Origin: an uncultured delta proteobacterium
Lineage (GTDB): Bacteria; Myxococcota; Myxococcia; Myxococcales; Anaeromyxobacteraceae
Assembly: GCA_963814585.1 (NCBI GenBank)
Contig: CAWFDF010000012.1
Coordinates: 128,001-192,000, forward strand
Direction of reading: 5' to 3'
DNA length: 64,000 nt
Below the pieces are notes generated by a model that was not told the DNA's origin, searched no databases, and was given only the letters and a program-made list of their open reading frames with translations. The translations under genes and the position numbers were made by a program. Every line of letters begins with the position of its first letter. The stretch's first letter is position 1. This document shows positions 10,544-24,125 of this stretch, piece after piece.

Positions 10544-12256
10544 ATGAGCGCGCTCGACGACTACCTCGCCCGACCCTGGGTGAAACACTACGACCCGGGC
10601 GTCCCCGCCGACGTCGCCGTCCCCGACCGCTCCGTCTCCCAGGCCTTCGACGAGGCCACCGAGCGCTTCCGCGACCGGACCGCCCTGGTCTTCTCCGACC
10701 GGAAGATCGGCTTCGCCGAGCTGCGCGACCAGGTGGATCGGCTCGCCACCGCCTTCGCCGCCCTCGGCCTCCGGCGCGGTGACCGGGTCGCCCTCTACCT
10801 GCTCAACAGCCCGCAGTTCGTCATCGCCTACTTCGCCGCGCTCAAGGCGGGCGGCGTGGTCACGGCCATCAGCCCCGTCTACACCAGCCACGAGATCCGC
10901 TTCCAGCTGGAGGACAGCGGGGCCCGCATCCTGGTCTGCCAGGACATCCTCCACGACAAGGTGGAGAAGGCCGGCGTGCGGGTCGAGCACGTCATCCTCA
11001 CCAGCGTGGGGGAGTACCTGCCGGCCCTCAAGCAGGCGGTGGGGCGGAGCTTCCTCGGCAAGGTCTTCCGCTCCCTGGCCGTCCCCGAGGCCTCGGCCGC
11101 GGCCCCTGGCACGCTCTCCTTCCAGGAGCTGCTGGCCCGCCACCCGCCCAGCCCGCCCGCCGTCGACATCGACCCCGGCGTCGACCTGGCGGCGCTCCCG
11201 TACACCGGCGGCACCACCGGCAACCCCAAGGGCGTGATGCTGACGCACCGCAACCTGGTGGCCACCCGCTCCTTCGCCACCGCGGTGATGGGCCTCGAGG
11301 AGGGGAAGGAGACGCTGCTGGCCTTCCTTCCCTTCTTCCACATCTACGGCCAGGTGGTGGTGATGTTCTCGGCCATCACCAGCGGCCACACCCAGGTGCT
11401 CTTCACCACGCCGGACCTGGACGCCATCCTCGAGGGGCTGGAGGACTGGCAGGCCACCGTGTTCTGGGGCGTTCCCACGCTCTACGAGACGCTCAAGGAG
11501 CACGAGAAGACCGGCCGGGTGAACTGGCGGAGGCTCAAGCTCATCGGCTGCGGCGCCGACACCCTGCACCAGTCGACGGCCGCGGGATGGCTGGCCCGCA
11601 CCGGCACGGGGATCCGCGAGGGGTACGGTCTCACCGAGTCGACCGCCGCCTCCCACCTCAACCCGCGCCGGGGATCGCGCCCCGGCTCCTTCGGGCTCCC
11701 CTTCCCGGGCCTCGACGCCGCGGTGGTCGATCCGGACGGCGCCACCTTCCTGGCGGTGGGCGAGGTGGGCGAGCTGCTGCTGGCCGGCCCCAACGTGATG
11801 CGCGGCTACTGGAACCGGCCGGAGGAGTCGGAGGCTTCCTTCCTCCGCGAGGGAGGCCGCACCTGGCTGCGCACCGGCGACCTGGTGCGCATGGATGCGG
11901 ACGGCTTCTTCCACTACGTGGACCGCCGCAAGGACCTCATCAAGTACAAGGGCTACTCGGTCTTCGCCAAGGACGTGGAGGACGTCCTCTACACCCACCC
12001 GAACGTCAAGGCCGCGGGCGTCATCGGCGTGCCGGATCCCACGGTGGGCGCCATCATCAAGGCGGTGGTGGTGCTCCAGCCCGAGGCCCGCGGGAAGCTG
12101 AGCGAAGACGAGGTCAAGGCCTTCTGCGCGGAGCGGCTGGCCCACTACAAGGTGCCCAGGATCGTCGAGTTCCGCGGCGAGCTGCCCAAGACGGACGTCG
12201 GCAAGGTGTCCCGGCGGGAGCTGCGTGACGAGCACCAGGGCGGCGGCCGTCCATGA
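10544..12256 (+). CDS. Long-chain acyl-CoA ligase (AMP-binding family)
   Basis: YTGGTTGNPKG, EGYGLTE, RTGD, DRRKDLIK, LPKTDVGKV. Confidence 0.92.
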   Translation: MSALDDYLARPWVKHYDPGVPADVAVPDRSVSQAFDEATERFRDRTALVFSDRKIGFAELRDQVDRLATAFAALGLRRGDRVALYLLNSPQFVIAYFAALKAGGVVTAISPVYTSHEIRFQLEDSGARILVCQDILHDKVEKAGVRVEHVILTSVGEYLPALKQAVGRSFLGKVFRSLAVPEASAAAPGTLSFQELLARHPPSPPAVDIDPGVDLAALPYTGGTTGNPKGVMLTHRNLVATRSFATAVMGLEEGKETLLAFLPFFHIYGQVVVMFSAITSGHTQVLFTTPDLDAILEGLEDWQATVFWGVPTLYETLKEHEKTGRVNWRRLKLIGCGADTLHQSTAAGWLARTGTGIREGYGLTESTAASHLNPRRGSRPGSFGLPFPGLDAAVVDPDGATFLAVGEVGELLLAGPNVMRGYWNRPEESEASFLREGGRTWLRTGDLVRMDADGFFHYVDRRKDLIKYKGYSVFAKDVEDVLYTHPNVKAAGVIGVPDPTVGAIIKAVVVLQPEARGKLSEDEVKAFCAERLAHYKVPRIVEFRGELPKTDVGKVSRRELRDEHQGGGRP

Positions 12257-13012
12257 GCGGCGACTTCTTCGAGGTCGCCGGGCTGACCAAGCGCTTCGGC
12301 GGCCTGGTGGCGGTCGACGACGTCTCCTTCCAGGTGCGGCGGGACGAGATGGTCGGCGTCATCGGCCCCAACGGCGCGGGGAAGACCACCCTGCTCCGGC
12401 TCATCACCCGCATCCTCCGGCCCGACTCGGGACGGATCCTGTGGAAGGGGCGCGACGTCACCGCCCTGCCGCCCTGGGAGATGGTGAACCTGGGGATCGC
12501 CGGGACCTTCCAGAACACCCGGCCCTTCCGCCGCCTCCCCATCATCGCCAACGTCATGGTGCCCTGCCTCTCCCGGCGCGGCCACCAGCGTGGGGAGTGG
12601 GTGAAGGTCATCGAGGCCAAGGCCATGGACGCGCTGGAGTTCGTCGGCATCTCCGACCTGGCCCGCGAGCCCGCCTCCTCGCTCTCCCAGGGCGACCTGA
12701 AGCGGCTCGAGGTGGCCAGGGCCATCGCCACCGAGCCCGAGCTGCTGCTCCTCGACGAGCCCTTCGGCGGCCTCAACCCGACCGAGTCGGACCTGCTGGC
12801 CCGATCCATCCGCCGCCTCCACCAGGGCGGGCGGTTCGGCCGGCTGCACAGCGAGGGTCCGGCCATGATCATCATCGAGCACAAGCTCAAGGAGCTGATG
12901 TCGATCGTCGACCGGGTCATCGTCATCAACTTCGGCGGCCTCCTCCTGGACGGCCGGCCGGAGGAGGTGGTGCGGGATCCCAGGGTCATCGAGGCCTATC
13001 TCGGGGTGGAGC

Positions 13013-13038
<26 letters not shown>
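12253..13038 (+). CDS. HAAT/Liv-type ABC transporter ATPase (LivG-like)
   Basis: GPNGAGKTT, LLLLDEP, IEH, EAYLG. ATGA overlap with the ligase. Confidence 0.92.
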
Positions 13039-13762
<724 letters not shown>

Positions 13763-13775
13763 CGGCCCGGCCGGT

Positions 13776-14819
13776 TCAGCGCAGGTCGGCGCCGCAGACG
13801 CGGCAGGCGGTCCGGGTGGCCACGCTCCTGGCCTTGCAGCGCCGGCACTCCAGCTCGATCCGATCGCGCACCCAGTGGGCCACCCCCTGGGGCATGACCC
13901 GCAGGATCAGCAGCACCACCAGGGCGAAGATGAGCAGCCGGTGCTCGCCCAGCCAGGGCACCAGCGCCAGCAGCTCGGTCAGCGGGTAGAGCAGGAAGAC
14001 GCCGGCCACCGGGCCGTAGATGGTGGCCACCCCGCCGAACACGCCCCAGATCACCGCCTGGAAGGAGAGCGCCACCTCCAGCGTGGAGGGGCCGGCCACG
14101 CGCACGAAGTGGGCGTAGAGCCCTCCGGCGATCCCGCCGAAGAGGCCGGCCAGCGCGAAGGCCAGCAGCCGGTAGCGGGGCGTGTCGATGCCGGAGGCGC
14201 GCGCGGCCACCTCGTCCTCGCGGATGGCGTGGAGGAGCAGCCCGGTGTTGGAGTCGCCGATGAGCCACATGGCGAAGACCAGCACCAGCATGGTGAGGAC
14301 CGCCACGTAGTAGAAGCCGACCCGCGAGCGGACCAGCGGCTCGAGGCCGGAGAGGCCGAGCTCGCCGCCGGAGAGCGATGGGAGCGCGAAGAGGGCGCCG
14401 GTCAGGATGAGGGGGAACGCCAGCGTGGCCAGGCTCAGGTAGGACCCGCGCAGCCGGAGGCACGGCACGCCGGCCGCCACCCCCACGGCGGTGGCCAGCA
14501 GCGCGCCGGCCGGGACGGTCACCCAGGGGGTCCAGCCCAGGTGGTGGTGGAGGAGCGCCGACCCGTAGGCTCCGGCCCCGAAGTAGAGGGCCTGGCCCAG
14601 GCTCACCTGCCCGGAGAAGCCGGAGACCAGGTCCCAGCTGGCCGCGAAGATGGCGAAGAGGCTGGAGAGGATGACCACCCTCAGGACGTACGGATCCCGG
14701 GTCAGGAGCGGGAGGGTCAGCAGGCCGAGACAGAAGACCAGCACCAGGACCCGGCTGGGCAGCACCAGCACCTCGCCGCGGACGAAGCGCCAGCCACGCC
14801 GGGTCCAGCGCAGCAGCAT
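13776..14819 (-). CDS. HAAT ABC permease (LivM-like) with C-terminal CxxC...CxxC motif
   Basis: GQVSLGQALYFGAGAY, LRGSYLSLATLAF, AIREDEVAA. Start is ATG 14819 or GTG 14825. Confidence 0.9.
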   Translation of the reverse strand: MLLRWTRRGWRFVRGEVLVLPSRVLVLVFCLGLLTLPLLTRDPYVLRVVILSSLFAIFAASWDLVSGFSGQVSLGQALYFGAGAYGSALLHHHLGWTPWVTVPAGALLATAVGVAAGVPCLRLRGSYLSLATLAFPLILTGALFALPSLSGGELGLSGLEPLVRSRVGFYYVAVLTMLVLVFAMWLIGDSNTGLLLHAIREDEVAARASGIDTPRYRLLAFALAGLFGGIAGGLYAHFVRVAGPSTLEVALSFQAVIWGVFGGVATIYGPVAGVFLLYPLTELLALVPWLGEHRLLIFALVVLLILRVMPQGVAHWVRDRIELECRRCKARSVATRTACRVCGADLR

Positions 14820-14821
14820 GC

Positions 14822-15691
14822 TCACCGCTCCTCCTCGAAGGCGACGCCGAAGAGCCCCTCGGGGCGCAGCAGGAGCACCGCCACCATGATGGTGAGCGCC
14901 ACCGCGCCCTTCAGGAAGGAGCCGGAGGGCAGGAGGAAGACGGTGGCCGCCTCGACGTAGCCGATGAGGAAGGCGGCGACGAGGCTGCCCTTCAGGCTCC
15001 CCAGGCCGCCCACCACCACGATGGCGAGGATGTTGACCAGCGGCCCCTGCCACATGAGCGGGTCGATGACCGCGAGCGGGGCGACCACCGCCCCGGCGAT
15101 GCCGGCCAGCGCCGCCGAGAGGGCCGCGCTCCACAGCTCGACGCGCCTCACGTTCATGCCCATGAGGTTGGCGACCTCCCGGTCGTTGGCGGTGGCCCGG
15201 ATGGCGACGCCCAGCCGGGTCCGCGTCAGGATCAGCCAGACGGCCGCCAGCGCCAGCGCCACCACCCCCAGGCTGAGGAGCTGCTGGTACGTGACCGTCA
15301 CCCCGAGGATGGCCAGGACGCCGTCGGCCCAGACCGGGTTGCCGAGGAAGTTGCCGCCGAAGGCCGCCAGCACCAGCTCCTGGAAGACCAGGGTGAGCGC
15401 GATGGTGGAGATCAGCACGGCCGAGTCGTGCTCCCGCACCGGCTCGATGACCAGGCGGTAGACCGCCAGCCCCAGCGCCACCACCGCCGCCACCGCCAGC
15501 GGGACGGCGGCGGCGGCCGGGACCCCGGCCACGTTGAGGAGGATGTAGACGAAGTACGCCGCCAGCATGTACAGGCCGGCGTAGGCGATATTCACGATCC
15601 GTGCGACCCCGAAGACCAGCGAGAAGCCCAGCGCCAGCAGCGCGTAGATCGCGCCGTTGACGAGGCCGGTGACGAGGATGGAGCGGAGCAA
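14822..15691 (-). CDS. HAAT ABC permease (LivH-like)
   Basis: YALLALGFSLVFGV, TRLGVAIRA, VVGGLGSL. Confidence 0.92.
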   Translation of the reverse strand: MLRSILVTGLVNGAIYALLALGFSLVFGVARIVNIAYAGLYMLAAYFVYILLNVAGVPAAAAVPLAVAAVVALGLAVYRLVIEPVREHDSAVLISTIALTLVFQELVLAAFGGNFLGNPVWADGVLAILGVTVTYQQLLSLGVVALALAAVWLILTRTRLGVAIRATANDREVANLMGMNVRRVELWSAALSAALAGIAGAVVAPLAVIDPLMWQGPLVNILAIVVVGGLGSLKGSLVAAFLIGYVEAATVFLLPSGSFLKGAVALTIMVAVLLLRPEGLFGVAFEEER

Positions 15692-15743
15692 GGGGGGAGC
15701 GCTGGAGGACCGGCCCCGCCGAGGCAGGGCCGGCCCGGAGCCG

Positions 15744-17015
15744 CTACTTCTTCTTCATCTCGGGCGGCACCACGAAGGGCTTCACGCCCTTGAAGGTGAT
15801 GCCCTGCCAGCCGTTGGGGAAGAAGGCCACCAGCTTCCCGTCCTGCCACTGCACGCCCAGCGGGACGGTGTGGCCGGGGGCGAAGGTGACGTCGTGCCCC
15901 TTGTCGAAGGTGAGGCGGCTCGAGGTGCCGATGGTGTCGGTCTTCTCCAGCACCGGCACCACCTTGTCACCGTCCACCGAGCCGGCCCCGGTCGCGGCGG
16001 CGGCCAGGATCATCAGCGCGTCGTAGCTGGAGGCGGTGTAGGTCGGGAGCCTCCCGTACTTCTTCCGGAAGGCCTCGACGAAGGGCATGGTCTTGGGCGT
16101 CGACTCCACGTCGGCGTAGAAGTTCAGCGTGCTGACGTAGTTGCCCTTGCCACCGGTGGACTTCCAGAAGGTCTCCTTCTGGGCCTCGACGTTGATGCCG
16201 AAGACGATGGCCGGGAGCCGCATCTCGCCGGCCTGGCGTCCCAGGGCCACGCCCATGGGGCCGGACACGGCGGTGAAGACCAGGTGCGCGCCGGTGGCCC
16301 GGATGGCGGTGAGATCCGGGCCCACGTCGGTGGCGGTGGCCGAGGGCTGGAAGACGCCGACCAGCTCCATGCCCATCTTGGGGATGTTGGCCTGGGCGGC
16401 CTTGACGAAGCCCTCGGTCCAGGCGGCCTTCTCGGCGAGGACCGCCACCTTGACCGCCGGCACGCCCAGCTCCGCCTTCACCTGCGCGGCGATGGCCCCC
16501 AGCATGGCGTAGCTCGCCTTCACCAGGTCGGAGGAGCGCGGCGGGAGGATGCGGAACCAGTACTTGTAGCGCTCGTAGTCCTTCACCACGTTGTCGCTCA
16601 TCTTGTCGAGCGAGGCGCCGGTGACGATGAAGACCTTCTTGTTGTCCGCGGCCACCTCCTGCATGGCCAGCGCCGCCTCGGAGCGGAAGCCGCCCACGGC
16701 GAAGTCGATCTTGTCGCGGGTGATGGCGCGCTCCAGCGCGTTGGTGGCGTCGCCGACGTTCAGGATCTCGTTGGTGTCGACCTTGACGAGCTGGATGGGC
16801 CGCTTCACCGCGCCGACCTGCACGCCGCCGGCGGCGTTGAGCTCGTCGGCGGCCAGGCTGGCGCCGTTCCAGGCGTCCTCGCCCTGGATGAAGGCCATGG
16901 GCCCGACGATGCCGATCTTGATGGGGTCGCCCTTGGCCTGGGCCCGGGCGGCAGATGGGGCAGCGAGAACGGCGGAGAGGGCGAGCGCGGCGGCCAGGAA
17001 GCTTCGCGATGGCAT
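15744..17015 (-). CDS. HAAT ABC substrate-binding protein
   Basis: Signal peptide, PIKIGIVGP, LAADELNAAGG, periplasmic binding protein type I pattern. Confidence 0.9.
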   Translation of the reverse strand: MPSRSFLAAALALSAVLAAPSAARAQAKGDPIKIGIVGPMAFIQGEDAWNGASLAADELNAAGGVQVGAVKRPIQLVKVDTNEILNVGDATNALERAITRDKIDFAVGGFRSEAALAMQEVAADNKKVFIVTGASLDKMSDNVVKDYERYKYWFRILPPRSSDLVKASYAMLGAIAAQVKAELGVPAVKVAVLAEKAAWTEGFVKAAQANIPKMGMELVGVFQPSATATDVGPDLTAIRATGAHLVFTAVSGPMGVALGRQAGEMRLPAIVFGINVEAQKETFWKSTGGKGNYVSTLNFYADVESTPKTMPFVEAFRKKYGRLPTYTASSYDALMILAAAATGAGSVDGDKVVPVLEKTDTIGTSSRLTFDKGHDVTFAPGHTVPLGVQWQDGKLVAFFPNGWQGITFKGVKPFVVPPEMKKK

Positions 17016-17174
17016 GGGTGACTCCCGGTGGAGGCGAGGGGCTGCAGACGCGGGGATTCGATACCCTTGTAGGATCCGCGCCAGGCCCGCTACACCCCAT
17101 GTGGGACTCCCGTCGCTGGCGCGGTGCGTTGGGCTGCTGGCCTTGGCCGGCTGGTCAAGGTCGCGCCAGCCTCC

Positions 17175-18662
17175 TCACCAGTAGGGGTCCTTGAGCGGGT
17201 CCTCGGTGGACTCCGCCCTCCGAAAGGGATCGTCGACGGGGTCCGGGACCAGGTCGTCTGGCCCGGAGTCCTCCGGCCGTCTCGGCCGCTCGATCGACCA
17301 GGCGCCGCTCAGGTAGTCCAGGTCGGTGGCGCCCACGGCGGACCCCGGAGGGCTCAGGCGGGGAGGGCCCCGGAACCCGTGTGCCCCCGACGGGGAGGAG
17401 AAGTACTGGACCAGCAGGCGGTCCAGGGCCCTGGCCAGCTCGGGCTCGCTGGCGCTGGAGACGGTCCGGTGCAGCTCCGGGGCCAGCGTGGTGAAGGCCT
17501 CGAGCACGTCCGGGTCCAGGCTCTTCCCGCGCTCGACCTCGAGGATGTTCATGGTCTCCGCCAGGGAGAGCGGCTCCTTGTAGGGCCGGCGGGAGGTGAG
17601 CGCGTCGAAGACGTCCACCACCGTGAAGATCCGGGCCGAGATGGGGATCTCCCCGTCCTTGAGGCCGGCCGGATAGCCGGTGCCGTCCACCCGCTCGTGG
17701 TGGCACTGGACCACCTCCAGGGCGTCTCCGAGCCACTCGAACTTGCCGACGATCTCGACGCCGTAGCGGACGTGGGACTGCATGACGGCGAACTCCCGGA
17801 CGCTGAGCTGGCCAGGCTTGCGCAGCACGGCGTCGGCGATGCCCAGCTTCCCCACGTCATGGAGGAAGGCCCCCTTGATGAGCCCCCGGATCCGGTCGTG
17901 GGAGAGCCCCATGGTCCTGGCCAGGTGGATGGCGTAGATGGTGACCCGGTAGTTGTGGGCGCCCGTGCCGCGGTCCCGCCTCGCCACCGCGCTCCCCAGC
18001 GCGGCCAGCATCCCCATGTTGGCGTGGGCCAGGTCGTCGGAGAGCCGGAGCAGGTCGCGGTTCAGCCGCAGCATGAGCGGGAAGAACACCGCCGCCGTCA
18101 CGAAGACCACCAGCACCACCAGCAGGACCGCCAGGAGCAGCTCACGTTCCATCCGCTCCATGGCGCCGGGGTCCACCCGGAAGATCCCCTCGAAGGAGGC
18201 CAGCTTCCTGCCCCTGGACTCCAGCGGCGCATGCACGTGGACGAAGGAGACCCCGCCGATGGTGAGCCAGTCGTGCTCGAGCCGATCCCCGGCCGGATCG
18301 GTGTGGTGCTCGGCGTCCACCACCTTCTCGACCGCGGCGAAGTCCGGGTGGATCGCCTCGATGATCCGTTTCCGAGCCAGGTCGTAGATCTCGATGACCA
18401 CGAAGTGGCCCTCGGCGATGTGCTCGGCGAGCACGTGGGCCGTGAACTCGCTCCGGGCCTGCCCGTAGGCGTCCCCCCTCGCCGCCAGGAGGGTCTCGAC
18501 GTGTGACGCCAGGCCGCTCGACTCCTCCAGCGCCAGCGTGAGGATCCGCTGGTCGATGGCGCGGCGCTCCAGCAAGTACGCCGCGCCACCGCCGACCGCC
18601 GCCAGCGCGGCGGCAGCGAGGAGGAGGCGCACCAGGATCTTCCTGCGCAGGTTGCCGATCAT
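17175..18662 (-). CDS. Membrane-anchored HD-GYP cyclic-dinucleotide phosphodiesterase
   Basis: Two TM helices flank a sensor region. HDVGK, HHERVDGTGYP, VDVFDALTSRRPYK. Confidence 0.9.
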   Translation of the reverse strand: MIGNLRRKILVRLLLAAAALAAVGGGAAYLLERRAIDQRILTLALEESSGLASHVETLLAARGDAYGQARSEFTAHVLAEHIAEGHFVVIEIYDLARKRIIEAIHPDFAAVEKVVDAEHHTDPAGDRLEHDWLTIGGVSFVHVHAPLESRGRKLASFEGIFRVDPGAMERMERELLLAVLLVVLVVFVTAAVFFPLMLRLNRDLLRLSDDLAHANMGMLAALGSAVARRDRGTGAHNYRVTIYAIHLARTMGLSHDRIRGLIKGAFLHDVGKLGIADAVLRKPGQLSVREFAVMQSHVRYGVEIVGKFEWLGDALEVVQCHHERVDGTGYPAGLKDGEIPISARIFTVVDVFDALTSRRPYKEPLSLAETMNILEVERGKSLDPDVLEAFTTLAPELHRTVSSASEPELARALDRLLVQYFSSPSGAHGFRGPPRLSPPGSAVGATDLDYLSGAWSIERPRRPEDSGPDDLVPDPVDDPFRRAESTEDPLKDPYW

Positions 18663-18713
18663 CGGTCGCCAGCCTAGTGCACTTCCGCGGCGCCCGGGCA
18701 GGTCGATAGCTCG

Positions 18714-20429
18714 CTATCCCCGCAGGGCGGCGACCAGCAGGCCCGGCACCCTGGCCAGGCCGGGGTGGGCCTCGAAGCGGGTGAGGCGGCGCCCCAGGTC
18801 GTCGGCAGCGGCGTGGGTGAGGAACCAGGGCGGCTTGGGCGAGAGGTGCAGCCGACCGCCCAGCCAGGCGCGCGGGAAGGGCTCGAAGGGCGCGTGGGTC
18901 ACCGTGCGCTCGACGCCGTGGAGCATGAAGGCGTTGTGGACCACCCCCTGCCCGCTCTGGATGTCCCGGTCCTCGTGACCCGGGAAGGCGCCCCAGGTCC
19001 CTTCCGCCAGGGCGAAGGCGAGGGCCACCCAGCTGTTCACGCCCACCGCCCCGTACCGCAGCCGGGAGATCCCCTGATCCAGCGCCGGTCCCAGCTCCGA
19101 CAGCGTCCGAGGGTGGGCGATGAGGCTGGCTCCCAGCGTCCCCTTGAGCCTGCCGTTGGAGAAGGCCACCGCCTCCTCCAGGAACTCGGCGGCGGTCCGT
19201 CCCGGCAGCGAGGTCTCCGCCAGCACGGCGCCGAAGGTCTCCTCGGTGAAGGCGTGGTGGCCGGCTTGATCCGGATCGAGGCCGGCGATGAGCGTGCGCG
19301 GCACCACGCCCGGGCCCGGCGGGTCGAGCAGCTCGGCGCCGGGGTAGGCCTTCAGCGCGGCGGCCTGGCGATCGGCGGCGCCCGGGTAGTAGGCCGGGCG
19401 GGCCGGCACGGCGCGGAAGACCTCTCGCAGGGCGTCGAGGAAGGCCTCCCGCTGTGGCCAGGCGGCGGGGAGCACCAGCACCTGCGAGGCCACGCAGTTG
19501 AAGCCGCCGTTGTGCAGCTTCTGGGTGGCCACGTGCTCGGCCTGGAAGCGCAGGTCGGCCTGGCTCCAGCGCCCGGGCAGCACCACCACCGGCCCCACGC
19601 CGCCCAGCTCCGCGGTGATGCGCTTGCGGCTCAGCGGCTCGCCGCGCAGCTTGCGGGCCGCCCCCTCCGGCCCGGTGCCGAAGCGCAGGGCGTCGTAGGT
19701 CCGCTCGCTGCCGGTGACGTGGATCTCGTCGACGCCGGGGTGGTTCGCCAGCCAGCCCCCCACGTCGGCGCCGCCGCGGGCCACCGCCAGGAAGCCGCGG
19801 TCGATGAACTCCGCGAACGCCTCCTCGAGGAACGGCGCCAGGTAGGCGTTGACCGGGTTCGGCTTGAGGAGGCAGACCCGGCCCTCGTTGTAGAGCTTGT
19901 GCAGGACGTCGAGCGGCGCGATCGACGCCACGTTGCCGGCCCCCAGCACCAGCGCCACCGCCCCGCCCTCCGGCGGCTGCTTGTAGCGCCGGGCCAGGTC
20001 GCGCTCGACCTCGGCCGGCGTCACCCCCGGCTGCAGCCAGACCTCGGCGCGCATGCCGTTGAGGAGGAGCCGGTCCCAGCCGGTCACCGGGAAGACGTCC
20101 ACCACCACCTGGCCGCCGGCGCGGGTCCGGATGGCGCCTCGGGGAAGCGGCGAGCGGCCTGCCGCCAGCGCCACCAGCGTCCGCTCCAGGGCGTTGATGC
20201 CGTGGAGCACCGCGTAGGGGCCCGAGATCCACTCCTCGCCCGACCAGGGCGAGCCATCCGGGAGCCCCTTGGCCGCCGCGGCGCTGGCCACCCAGCGTTC
20301 GGCCACTGCGTCGACTCTTGGCCGGAGCCGGCGCAGCAGGCCGAGCTGCTCGGAGATGTGGAGCCGGGCCCACTCCTCCTTGTGGGCGCGGACCGCCTCC
20401 ACGCGGCGATCCAGGTCGACGGTATCCAT
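18714..20429 (-). CDS. Aldehyde dehydrogenase family protein
   Basis: LGAGN, VTGS, AELGGVGP, catalytic FNCVA, EETFG. Confidence 0.85.
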   Translation of the reverse strand: MDTVDLDRRVEAVRAHKEEWARLHISEQLGLLRRLRPRVDAVAERWVASAAAAKGLPDGSPWSGEEWISGPYAVLHGINALERTLVALAAGRSPLPRGAIRTRAGGQVVVDVFPVTGWDRLLLNGMRAEVWLQPGVTPAEVERDLARRYKQPPEGGAVALVLGAGNVASIAPLDVLHKLYNEGRVCLLKPNPVNAYLAPFLEEAFAEFIDRGFLAVARGGADVGGWLANHPGVDEIHVTGSERTYDALRFGTGPEGAARKLRGEPLSRKRITAELGGVGPVVVLPGRWSQADLRFQAEHVATQKLHNGGFNCVASQVLVLPAAWPQREAFLDALREVFRAVPARPAYYPGAADRQAAALKAYPGAELLDPPGPGVVPRTLIAGLDPDQAGHHAFTEETFGAVLAETSLPGRTAAEFLEEAVAFSNGRLKGTLGASLIAHPRTLSELGPALDQGISRLRYGAVGVNSWVALAFALAEGTWGAFPGHEDRDIQSGQGVVHNAFMLHGVERTVTHAPFEPFPRAWLGGRLHLSPKPPWFLTHAAADDLGRRLTRFEAHPGLARVPGLLVAALRG

Positions 20430-20736
20430 GGGGTGCGTCCTCGGGCGGCGCGCGGCGCGGTTCGTGCCCCGGGCAGCGGTCCCCCTCAGTATCCCCCACC
20501 GCGGCCCGCGAACAAACCATGGCATGGCGAGCCCGGTCACCGGCCCGACAGCGCCCCTCGCCTGGCCCGAGCACGTCGCCAGGCACACGATGCCGCTGCT
20601 CCCTCCTCGGGCGCAAGCCTCGCTTCGGTCTCGGCTCTCTCGTCACGTCATCTTGCCTGGGGCGCGGCACTGGTGCCCGGGCCGCGCCCGCCCGGGTCCC
20701 TTGCGCCGGGCCCCGGCCCGGAGGCACGGTGCCCTC

Positions 20737-21534
20737 GTGCACGCCGTCGTCACCACCCCGCTGCGGCCGTCGCCCGACGAGGAGCGCGAGGCCGGCGAGG
20801 CGGCGCGGCGGCACGCCCTCCCCTGGGCGCCCCGCGGCCACGTCGGGCTGGAGCACCTGCTGGCCGAGGCCGGCGCGGAGGCCGCCCTGGTCCTCTCCTC
20901 CACCGCCTCCATCCTCGCCTCCGCGGCCGGCAGCCAGCGCTGGTCGGCCGGCATGGGCCTCATCCGCATGCGCCGGACGCTGGCCCGCCTCGGCGGACGG
21001 CCGGTCTCGGCCACCGATCGCGACCCGTTCCTGGAGGCGGCCGGGATCCGGCCCGGCGACGAGGTGCTCGACGCCACGCTCGGCCTCGGCGCCGATGCGC
21101 TGGTGGCGGCCGCGGCCTGCGGCCCGGGGGGCCGCGTGGTGGCGCTGGAGGCCTCGCCCGTCCTGGCCGCCTGGGTGGCCGAGGGGCTCCGCCGGCTCGC
21201 CGCGGAGCCGGCGCGCCGCATCGAGGTCCGGGCCGGGGAGCACCTCGCCGCGCTCGCAGCCATGCCGGCTCGCAGCTTCGACGTGGTGGTCTTCGACCCG
21301 ATGTTCCGGCACGCCCGCGCCCAGCCGGGCGGCTTCGAGCTGGTGCGGGCCCTGGCCGACCCGCGTCGGCTCGGCGCCGAGGCGGTGGCCGAGGCCCGCC
21401 GCGTGTCGCGCCGGTGGGTGGTGGTGAAGGACGGCGCCCCGGGCTGGGACCTGGCGCGGCTCGGCCTCACGCCGCTGCCGAGCGCGCGCGGCGCGCACCG
21501 GTATTACGCCCGGATCGAGGCGCTCCGCGAATAG
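20737..21534 (+). CDS. Class I SAM-dependent methyltransferase (RsmJ/YhiQ-like)
   Basis: [12 protein letters not shown] and [10 protein letters not shown]. Start approximate. Confidence 0.8.
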   Translation: MHAVVTTPLRPSPDEEREAGEAARRHALPWAPRGHVGLEHLLAEAGAEAALVLSSTASILASAAGSQRWSAGMGLIRMRRTLARLGGRPVSATDRDPFLEAAGIRPGDEVLDATLGLGADALVAAAACGPGGRVVALEASPVLAAWVAEGLRRLAAEPARRIEVRAGEHLAALAAMPARSFDVVVFDPMFRHARAQPGGFELVRALADPRRLGAEAVAEARRVSRRWVVVKDGAPGWDLARLGLTPLPSARGAHRYYARIEALRE

Positions 21535-21600
21535 GCTGGTGCCGCGGCCCAGGCAAGGTGCCTGCTGCGAGAGCCGATCCCCTCGTGGCGGCAGGCGGCA

Positions 21601-24047
<2,447 letters not shown>

Positions 24048-24125
24048 GAGATCTCCTGGCCGCGGCGGGTGGCGCCGCTGGGCGGAGATCTACCATCGTC
24101 GGGGGTCTTCCGGTACAAGCCCGCC

